The translations under genes were made by a program, and so were the position numbers. From the NCBI GenBank assembly GCA_039815185.1, contig JBCBZT010000036.1:50584-74583 (forward strand): 24,000 bases of DNA, given 5' to 3'. The notes under the pieces are model-generated. The model was not told the origin of the DNA, did not search any database, and saw nothing but the letters and a program-made list of their open reading frames with translations. Each line of letters starts with the position of its first letter. The first letter of the stretch is position 1. Source of the stretch: Cyanobacteria bacterium P01_A01_bin.123. GTDB lineage: Bacteria; Cyanobacteriota; Cyanobacteriia; Phormidesmidales; Phormidesmidaceae. This document shows positions 17,071-24,000 of the stretch, in pieces.

Positions 17071-17982
17071 ATGGGGCTTGAACGATCAAACCAGCTTAAA
17101 CCCGCTCAGCTCCAAGTGTTGCTTACGGTGGCCGACTGCGGCAGTTTTAGTGAAGCGGCACTACAGCTCCAGCTTTCACAGTCTGCGATTAGCTATACCA
17201 TTGCCAGCCTCGAAGAAGAACTCGGTGTGGTGCTGTTTTCCAGGGGACGCTATGGGGCCACGCTAACGCCAATTGGGGCGGAAATTACCGAGCGGGCAAA
17301 GCAACTGCTGTATTTGGTCGATGACATCTACCACCAAGCCAATTTAGCGAAAGGGTTGCAGGGAGGCCAGATTCGGATTTCCGCCTTTCGCAGCGCGGGC
17401 ACCCATATCTTGCCTGAGGTGATTGCCCAATATTGCCAGCGATACCCCGAGATTGCAGTCCGCATTGCCGAACACGATGACCGTCCTGATGTTGAGGAAG
17501 ATTTACGTAAAGGTAAGGCCGATGTGGGCATCACTTATCTCCCGGCAGCTCGATATTTAGAAATTTGGCCGCTGATGCAGGATGAGTTTGTGATTTTATT
17601 TCCACCAGGGTTTGAGCTGGCTGGGGAAAACCTGACTTGGCAAGAAGTAATGGCTTACCCACTGATCATGGCTCCTGACGGGGACCTCTGCGACGCGATG
17701 GTCTATGCCCACTGTGCCAAATACGGCATCGATTTAAAGCCGACCTATCACATCCGCTCAGATGCCACCATCGTCAACATGGTGGCCCAGGGGATTGGTG
17801 CAGCCATTAGCCCCCGGTTAGCGGCAGAACCGATTCCGGCAGGGGTGAAAGTATACAGCTTACCGAAACCAGTCTTTCGTAACATCTGTGTGGCAACGCT
17901 GGCGGATGCGCTGCTGTCTCCAGCCGTGTTTGCGTTTTTGGATTTGCTTAAACAGACGGTGAGCTCAGGCGATAGTGTGTAG
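17071..17982 (+). CDS. LysR-family transcriptional regulator
   Basis: N-terminal wHTH LQVLLTVADCGSFSEAALQLQLSQSAISYTIASLEEELGVVLFSR. About 300 aa with a periplasmic-binding-protein-like effector domain. Confidence 0.9.
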   Translation: MGLERSNQLKPAQLQVLLTVADCGSFSEAALQLQLSQSAISYTIASLEEELGVVLFSRGRYGATLTPIGAEITERAKQLLYLVDDIYHQANLAKGLQGGQIRISAFRSAGTHILPEVIAQYCQRYPEIAVRIAEHDDRPDVEEDLRKGKADVGITYLPAARYLEIWPLMQDEFVILFPPGFELAGENLTWQEVMAYPLIMAPDGDLCDAMVYAHCAKYGIDLKPTYHIRSDATIVNMVAQGIGAAISPRLAAEPIPAGVKVYSLPKPVFRNICVATLADALLSPAVFAFLDLLKQTVSSGDSV

Positions 17983-18014
17983 TGATTGCTCATGACTATT
18001 CTTTAAAATCCAAT

Positions 18015-19559
18015 TCAGCTTGAACCACTACCCAGTAAAAATAATCCAATCATGGTGACACTATTCCAGGCGCTGTGGAGCATAATCGGGGCGAGTAAGT
18101 TACGCGATCGCGTATAGACAAACCCGAGCATTGCCCCCAGTGTCATCAACGGCAGCACCTCTGACAGGCTGAGGTGGGCGGCGGCAAAGACAAAACTGCT
18201 GAGCGCGATCGCGCCCCAAACCGGCATATACCGCGTTAGCGACGGCAGCAAAAAACCGCGAAATAGAATTTCTTCAAAGATGGGCGCGGCGACTGATGCA
18301 GTCAGCAAAAACGCAATCAGCGCCACTGAATCGCTCTCTTCTAAAACCGTTTGCAACAGCGGATTGCTACCCCCTTGTCCTTGCCAAAACTGTTGGTTGA
18401 GCAACGATATGCCAATCATCAGGGGTAGGGCACAAAAGTAGCCACCGATGCCCCACAATAGCCAATTGCTACGCCAGCGAAACTGAAACCAACCTTCTGG
18501 CAGGGGTAGATAGGGGCGAATCGAGGCGTAGATGACACTCACGCCGATGACGGCCATTAGCACGTAGTAGCCCATGGAATATAGCGCCCGCCCCCGACTC
18601 CCGAGGGCCGCAATATTTAAACCCAACTGCCCGAGCAAAAAGGGAAGCAACAGTTGACCCGTGAAGAAGAATCCTAAAATCAATACCTGCCAAATGATTT
18701 CCCCTGTCCAAGGCGTTTCCCAACCCTTATTTTCATTTTGGGCAATCCAGGCGTCTTTGCCCCGCAGCAGACGCTGGGTGATCAGCGTAATCAAAGTGGC
18801 CGCGCCCAAGAGACACCCCACCGTGGGTAACACACCGACAACAATCACCTTGTACAGGGCGCTTTCAGCAGCATCCTGTTCGGCTGCTTGGAGACGACGT
18901 AGGGCACTGGTGCGGTTTTGCAACCCGTAAAGCTGGGCTAGGGCTTGATTGCGAAACCAGCCGTCCAGATTCGTTTCAATTAACCCTTCCGCACCGTTAG
19001 GTAAGCTGGCTGGCTGGCTCCAAAGGCCGCTGAGGGTGGTGGCAGTTTGGGCGATCGCATCCGTACCGCTACCCGACTGTTGCAGGATGCGCCAGGTTTT
19101 CAACGCAGCGTCTGTCTCACCCAGTTCTGCTTGTAAGAGACCAATCCGCAAATCTAACTGCTGCTGCAAGATCACCTGCTGCTGGATAGCGATCTGGAGT
19201 CGATTGGGCCGGGCTAGCGAACTGCCATTACCCGAATTGTCTAGGGGAGCTTGGGCGATCGCGGTTTCCGCTTTATCGATATTATTGGTAGCGTCTTGGC
19301 GCACTGATTGGTACTGGTCTAAGGTCGTTTGTAAGGGCTCATCCCCCAACAATGCTTGCCGCAACTGCTCGACAGTGGCCGAGTCAACCCCTTCCCCTTG
19401 CCACTCGGTTGCCTGCAAGAACAAATCAGCCTGATAAAGCTGCAGGCGGCTGGTCACCTGGGGCTGTTGCCAACTGCTAATTAAGGAACTCCCGACCGCG
19501 AGGGCTACTAACGCCGTCAACACGGTCAAAATCAGTCGTCTAAGTACGGTCATACCCAT
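18015..19559 (-). CDS. CPBP-family (CAAX/Abi) intramembrane glutamic endopeptidase with a long N-terminal extracytoplasmic domain
   Basis: C-terminal CPBP motifs PIFEEILFRGFLLPSL, FAAAH and LAPIMLHSAWN. The start is set at MGMTVLRRL (ATG 19559 or 19553). The track extension to 19748 overlaps the neighbour's 5' end and looks non-coding. Confidence 0.8.
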   Translation of the reverse strand: MGMTVLRRLILTVLTALVALAVGSSLISSWQQPQVTSRLQLYQADLFLQATEWQGEGVDSATVEQLRQALLGDEPLQTTLDQYQSVRQDATNNIDKAETAIAQAPLDNSGNGSSLARPNRLQIAIQQQVILQQQLDLRIGLLQAELGETDAALKTWRILQQSGSGTDAIAQTATTLSGLWSQPASLPNGAEGLIETNLDGWFRNQALAQLYGLQNRTSALRRLQAAEQDAAESALYKVIVVGVLPTVGCLLGAATLITLITQRLLRGKDAWIAQNENKGWETPWTGEIIWQVLILGFFFTGQLLLPFLLGQLGLNIAALGSRGRALYSMGYYVLMAVIGVSVIYASIRPYLPLPEGWFQFRWRSNWLLWGIGGYFCALPLMIGISLLNQQFWQGQGGSNPLLQTVLEESDSVALIAFLLTASVAAPIFEEILFRGFLLPSLTRYMPVWGAIALSSFVFAAAHLSLSEVLPLMTLGAMLGFVYTRSRNLLAPIMLHSAWNSVTMIGLFLLGSGSS

Positions 19560-19734
19560 TGAAAGAAGGTTTAATCCAAACAGCCATCGTTGCAATAGCG
19601 GGGTTTGCCCAGCTCGGCTACTGGGTGCATTATCGCATCGTTTCTTAACCAGATTCAGGAAGCAGATTGGGTGTAGGATAGCGCAACCCATCGGGTTAGA
19701 ATCTGACTGGCTGAGCGACAGAGAGGATAAACCC

Positions 19735-21108
19735 CTGAAAACCCGCATTATTCTAGTCCGACATGGTCAAAGCTCCTATAATCTCCAAGGCCGAATTCAA
19801 GGCCATTGTGACGAGTCTTCCCTGACTGAGCTGGGTCAACAGCAAGCTCGCAAAGTCGGTTCTGCTTTGCTGGGCATCAGCTTTGACGCCGTTTACGCCA
19901 GCTCGTTGCAGCGGGCTAGTCAAACAGCCGCTTTAGTGGTTGCAATGCTGCGATCGCAGACACCCAATCTCCCCGATCCCATCTGCCAAGACACCCTCAA
20001 AGAAATTAGCCTTCCCCTGTGGGAAGGCTTATCTTTTGAAGCGGCAGAGACCAAATATCCTACGGAATACAAAGCTTGGCGACAGCAGCCTGAAGCGTTT
20101 TGCATGCAGTTGCCCAAAGATCAGGATTCCGGAGATGGCGGGACAGAAGCGTTCTATCCCATGCGTGAGCTGTATCAGCGGGCTCAAGAATTTTGGCAAA
20201 CCCTATTACCTAACCATCCGGGTCAAACGATATTGGTGGTGGCCCATAGCGCCATTAACCGCGCCCTGATTAGCGTTGCGCTAGACATTGGCCCCGAAAA
20301 GCACAACCAACTCGATCAAGCCAACTGCTGCATCAGCGTCCTCAACTTTTCTGGCACGCTGGGAGACAAGGTTCAGATCGAGTCTATGAACCTGACCAGC
20401 CATATGGGCCAACCATTGCCACCCATGCGCAAAACCCACCGGGGGCCCAGGATGTTGCTGGTGCGCCACGGCGAAACCGACTGGAACCGCGACAAACGCT
20501 TCCAAGGCCAGCGGGACATCCCCCTCAACGATAATGGACGGGCTCAGGGGGCGAAAGCGGCCGAATTTCTCAAAGCCATCCCCATTGATGCCGCCGTCAG
20601 CAGCTCCATGCTGCGCCCTAAGGAGACCGCCGAACTCATTTTGCAACATCACCCTGGCCTTGATCTGCGGCTCGAAGATGGCCTACGGGAAATCGGCCAC
20701 GGTGAATGGGAAGGCATGCTTGAAGCGGACATTGAAGCGGGATATCCTGGCCTGTTGCAACAGTGGCAAGACGCCCCCGAAACGGTGCAAATGCCTGGGG
20801 GTGAAAACTTGCAGGAGGTCTGGCAGCGAGCGATCGCAGCTTGGAAAGCTATCGTTGCCGCCCACAGCGGCAGCGACACCCCTAAAACTGTATTAGTCAC
20901 CGCCCACGACGCCGTCAACAAAGCCATTCTTTGCCACGTGCTGGGGTTCGAGCCCAATCAGTTTTGGACTTTCAAACAGGGTAACGGTGCCGTCAGCGTC
21001 ATTGACTACCCCGACGGCGTTGGTAGCCCGCCAGTCCTCAAAGCCATGAATATTACCACCCACCTGACTGCCGGGATTTTTGACCAAACGGCGGCGGGAG
21101 CGCTTTAG
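19735..21108 (+). CDS. Tandem (two-domain) histidine phosphatase / phosphoglycerate-mutase-family protein; start codon non-canonical or lost
   Basis: Domain 2 begins MLLVRHGETDWN. Domain 1's catalytic motif IILVRHGQSSYN is encoded at about 19747-19782, which is upstream of the first in-frame ATG/GTG/TTG (TTG 19867). The frame is open from 19438. GAGAGGA lies 7 nt before CTG 19735. Confidence 0.7.
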   Translation: MKTRIILVRHGQSSYNLQGRIQGHCDESSLTELGQQQARKVGSALLGISFDAVYASSLQRASQTAALVVAMLRSQTPNLPDPICQDTLKEISLPLWEGLSFEAAETKYPTEYKAWRQQPEAFCMQLPKDQDSGDGGTEAFYPMRELYQRAQEFWQTLLPNHPGQTILVVAHSAINRALISVALDIGPEKHNQLDQANCCISVLNFSGTLGDKVQIESMNLTSHMGQPLPPMRKTHRGPRMLLVRHGETDWNRDKRFQGQRDIPLNDNGRAQGAKAAEFLKAIPIDAAVSSSMLRPKETAELILQHHPGLDLRLEDGLREIGHGEWEGMLEADIEAGYPGLLQQWQDAPETVQMPGGENLQEVWQRAIAAWKAIVAAHSGSDTPKTVLVTAHDAVNKAILCHVLGFEPNQFWTFKQGNGAVSVIDYPDGVGSPPVLKAMNITTHLTAGIFDQTAAGAL

Positions 21109-21119
21109 TCGCTGAACCA

Positions 21120-22382
21120 ATGACAGCAACTTTAATCCAACAAGTGCGCATACTTGACCCGGTCTCTGGGACAGATCGAGTCGGGGATGTGCTGATTGAG
21201 GCGGGGGTGCTGAGCGCGATCGCAGACCAGATTCCGCCACCACCAGAGGCAGAGTGTATTAACGGAGCAGGCAAAATTTTTGCCCCTGCTCTAGTTGATC
21301 TCTATAGCCACAGTGGGGAACCGGGCTATGAATCGCGGGAAACCTTGGCGTCGTTGCGGCAAAGCGCGATCGCGGGGGGGTTTTCGCGGGTGTGTTTGCT
21401 GCCAACGACGCAACCAGCTCTGGACAATCCGGCATTAGTCGGGCAAATTCTAGCCGGCAATCATCAGGGGCAGGGGGCTAATTTTTTTGTCTGGGGCACG
21501 GCTACCCAAGCGGCCCAGGGGCAGGCGATGGCTGAACTGGGGGACTTAGACCAGGCAGGGGTGGTTGGGTTCGGGGATGGTCGCCCCTTAGCAGACTGGT
21601 TATTAGTTAATCGCCTGTTGGACTATGCTCAACTGTTTGGCAAACCCGTAGCCCTGTGGCCAAGATTGACTGCCTTAGCCGGGAGTGGCGTGATTCGGGA
21701 TGGCGTGACGGCTCTCCAACTGGGCATGCCAGGAGATCCGGTGTCTTCGGAAACTGCTGCGCTGGCGGCATTGTTAGAATGTGTGGCTGATTTCAAGGTG
21801 CCGGTGCACCTCATGCGGATTTCCACCGCCCGTGGCGTCGCCCTGATTGAGCGGGCTAAAGCCCAAGGGCTGCCGATTAGCGCCAGTACGACCTGGATGC
21901 ACCTGTGTTTCAACACTGCCGATTTACAGTCCTATGATCCCAATTTGAACCTCGCCCCACCCCTAGGCAACCCTGAAGATCAGCAGGCGTTGATTGCTGC
22001 GGTAGCAGGGGGCATCCTCGATGGCATCGCTGTGGAACATACCCCTTACACCTACGAAGAAAAGACCGTCGCCTTCAGCGATGCCCCCCCCGGCGCGATT
22101 GGCCTAGAACTGGTGCTGCCCCTGCTGTGGCAAAAACTGGTGGCTACCCAAATTTGGTCGCCGCTGACATTGTGGAATGCCCTGAGTGCGCACCCTGCCA
22201 GGTGTCTACAGCAATCGCCTCCCCAGTTGGCTGTCGGCGACTCAGCCGAAGCGTTGTTGTTTGATCCCCACCAAACCTGGCAGGTGCGTCAACCCATGCT
22301 CAAATCTTTAGCCACTAATACCCCCTGGTATGGCAAGATGCTCACCGGCAAAGTGCTCCAAACCTGGACTCAGCCCGCTTAA
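21120..22382 (+). CDS. Dihydroorotase-like amidohydrolase with degenerate metal-binding residues (PyrC'-type pseudoenzyme suspected)
   Basis: Collinear with class I DHOase, but key motifs are altered: DLYSHSGEPG (for DxHVHxREPG), GFGDG, VHLMRISTARG, WMHL (for PHHL), AVEHTPYTYEEK (for ATDHAPHxxEEK). Confidence 0.8.
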   Translation: MTATLIQQVRILDPVSGTDRVGDVLIEAGVLSAIADQIPPPPEAECINGAGKIFAPALVDLYSHSGEPGYESRETLASLRQSAIAGGFSRVCLLPTTQPALDNPALVGQILAGNHQGQGANFFVWGTATQAAQGQAMAELGDLDQAGVVGFGDGRPLADWLLVNRLLDYAQLFGKPVALWPRLTALAGSGVIRDGVTALQLGMPGDPVSSETAALAALLECVADFKVPVHLMRISTARGVALIERAKAQGLPISASTTWMHLCFNTADLQSYDPNLNLAPPLGNPEDQQALIAAVAGGILDGIAVEHTPYTYEEKTVAFSDAPPGAIGLELVLPLLWQKLVATQIWSPLTLWNALSAHPARCLQQSPPQLAVGDSAEALLFDPHQTWQVRQPMLKSLATNTPWYGKMLTGKVLQTWTQPA

Positions 22383-23200
22383 TAGAGTGCCTGCATCAAG
22401 CGTCGTCGATAGGGTTGGGTCAGTTCATGGTCTTCGCCTAAGAGGTTAAACAGGCTAACCATGGCTTTGCGGGCACCGTCTTTTTGATAGGCGCGATCGC
22501 GCCCGACAATCTCTAAAAATTCTGCTAGAGCGGTTTCATAATCTGCGGCGATCGCAGCCTGACAACCCTTCAGATACCGCTCATCGAGTTCTGTTTCAAC
22601 CGTTAAATTTGCCGCCTGCTGTTTGAAGCCAATCAGCGATCGCAGTCCTTCTGCCTTGGGAAAAAACGCTTTGTCTTGGGGAGTAATGCCCTGCAATAGT
22701 TTTTCAGCCGAATCAATCCGATCTTGGCCGATCAAAAACTTTGCTGCCTCAATGATCAACCGTTGATCGTTGGGATACTGCTCAATTAACTGGACGAATA
22801 ACCGCTTGACCGTATCCAGCTCACCCTTAGACTGAGCTGTTCGAACTGCGGCCAACCCTGTTTCTAGCCCAGAAGACAACCCCAGTTTGCCTAACAAAGC
22901 CCGAATGTCAGATTCAGGAATAACCCCAACAAAGCCATCCACCACTTGCCCTTCCCAAAACACTTTGACATCGGGTACGCCCTCCACACCGTAGGCGTTG
23001 GCCAAGGCTGGATTTTGGTCAATGTCAACTTTTGCTAACACCATGTCGTAGTCTTGGGCCAAGTTTTCGAGCATGGGTTTGAGCATTTGGCAAGGGCCAC
23101 ACCAAGTCGCAAAAAAATCCACAACCACCGGTTGATTGTGGGACTCAATCAACACGGCTGATTCAAATTGTGAATCGCTCACCTCAACAACGGTACCCAT
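22379..23200 (-). CDS. Thioredoxin-domain protein with C-terminal TPR-like helical domain (YbbN/CnoX-like)
   Basis: N-terminal thioredoxin fold with an intact WCGPC active site, then a ~170-aa helical region. Its stop codon overlaps the DHOase-like stop within TTAA (22379-22382). Confidence 0.8.
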   Translation of the reverse strand: MGTVVEVSDSQFESAVLIESHNQPVVVDFFATWCGPCQMLKPMLENLAQDYDMVLAKVDIDQNPALANAYGVEGVPDVKVFWEGQVVDGFVGVIPESDIRALLGKLGLSSGLETGLAAVRTAQSKGELDTVKRLFVQLIEQYPNDQRLIIEAAKFLIGQDRIDSAEKLLQGITPQDKAFFPKAEGLRSLIGFKQQAANLTVETELDERYLKGCQAAIAADYETALAEFLEIVGRDRAYQKDGARKAMVSLFNLLGEDHELTQPYRRRLMQALY

Positions 23201-23515
23201 GGAATGTCACACCCCAACTGAAGAACAACAGGACAATCTAAATAAACCCTATCCCAGGCTAGACCTGGCGTTTTACCGACAGGGAAACTCCCCATTCCAA
23301 GCTAGATTTGGGATAACTCGACAAGACATCCCATCCGATTTGAGCCTGAGTTTTTAGCTTAAGAAAAAACCATGGATTTAAATAGGGACGGAATTTAATT
23401 CTAGACTGGCGGGCATAATTGCTGGAGGGCAACCTACTGGAATATCCCTACATCAGTAGAATAACTAAATGCTATTCTGCGGATCTTCGGGTAACTCGAC
23501 CGTTTCACGCTGACT

Positions 23516-24000
23516 ATGTCGCAGTCTCCATTGTCTTCTACGCCAGCAATCTCTCCTGCCAATATTTTGGTGGTAGACGACAATCCCATGAATTTACGCG
23601 CATTGTCAAAACTCCTACAGCAACAAGGGCATCAAGTCCGTAAGGCCCGCAGCGGCATGATGGCGCTTAAAGCTGTCCATGCAGACGCGCCAGATCTGAT
23701 TCTGCTGGATATTCGCATGCCAGAGATGGACGGGTTTAGCGTTTGTGAACAGCTTAAAGCTGCTCCAGAAACTCGGGAAATCCCAGTGATTTTTCTGAGC
23801 GCATCAGACAGTACTGAAGATAAAGTCCGCAGTTTTCAAGTGGGCGGCAATGACTTTATCAGTAAACCCTTCTACCTGGAAGAGGTGATTGCTCGCGTTT
23901 CTAGCCAATTGCATCTCTTGCGTCAACGGCAGCACCTGAGTGAGCAAAATGCCGCCTTGCTCCAAGAGGTGCGAGAACGCGCTAAGGCGGAAGCAGCTTT
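23516..24000 (+). CDS. Response-regulator receiver domain protein (3' end outside window); absent from the supplied ORF track
   Basis: My own translation from ATG 23516: MSQSPLSSTPAISPANILVVDDNPMNLRALSKLLQQQGHQVRKARSGMMALKAVHADAPDLILLDIRMPEMDGFSVCEQLKAAPETREIPVIFLSASDSTEDKVRSFQVGGNDFISKPF... It shows the DD...D...S/T...K receiver signature, then a coiled-coil-like segment running to the window edge. Confidence 0.85.
   Translation, partial: MSQSPLSSTPAISPANILVVDDNPMNLRALSKLLQQQGHQVRKARSGMMALKAVHADAPDLILLDIRMPEMDGFSVCEQLKAAPETREIPVIFLSASDSTEDKVRSFQVGGNDFISKPFYLEEVIARVSSQLHLLRQRQHLSEQNAALLQEVRERAKAEAA

Noticed and set aside
19560-19748. N-terminal 63-aa extension of the CPBP protease ORF
   Set aside because: The extension has no signal or TM character before the obvious MGMTVLRRLILTVL TM start. 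It also overlaps the 5' coding region of the divergently transcribed phosphatase gene. The internal ATG at 19559/19553 is preferred.
23419-23643. 74-aa ORF from the track
   Set aside because: It is overlapped in another frame by a textbook response-regulator receiver domain starting at 23516.

Overview
This is a cyanobacterial chromosomal segment. By eye there are more than 20 copies of the HIP1 octamer GCGATCGC, and most genes look GC-balanced. The gene order runs as follows. (1) A surface-polysaccharide cluster at 1-5.0 kb: flippase tail, GMC oxidoreductase, GT2 glycosyltransferase and a large polytopic membrane protein. (2) Housekeeping eno, gloA and a DsbA-like lipoprotein. (3) An orphan MrpD/NuoN-family membrane subunit followed by a duplicated dsbA 3' end. 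(4) A visibly AT-rich, HIP1-free ~2.8 kb insert in the window centre. (5) Native genes: MscS-cNMP channel, HExxH hypothetical, DUF4058, LysR regulator, CPBP protease, tandem histidine phosphatase, degenerate dihydroorotase-like protein, Trx-TPR protein and a partial response regulator. The central insert carries one ~800-aa ORF. It combines a reverse transcriptase (motifs 1-7, YVDD), an acidic linker, HEAT-like helical repeats and a C-terminal region with an RNLVDH (Rx4H, HEPN-like) motif. This resembles AbiA / class-1 UG-type defence RTs. No maturase, retron, DGR, integrase or partner gene is visible, so it is my best candidate for an undescribed single-gene RT defence system. Secondary observations are: a 32-nt exact att-like direct repeat of the dsbA 3' end bracketing ~2.2 kb; a structured ~100-nt repeat in inverted copies with compensatory stem changes; a phosphatase gene whose catalytic RHG motif lies upstream of any canonical start codon; and a response-regulator ORF missing from the supplied track. 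All family assignments rest on motif reading only; no searches were run.
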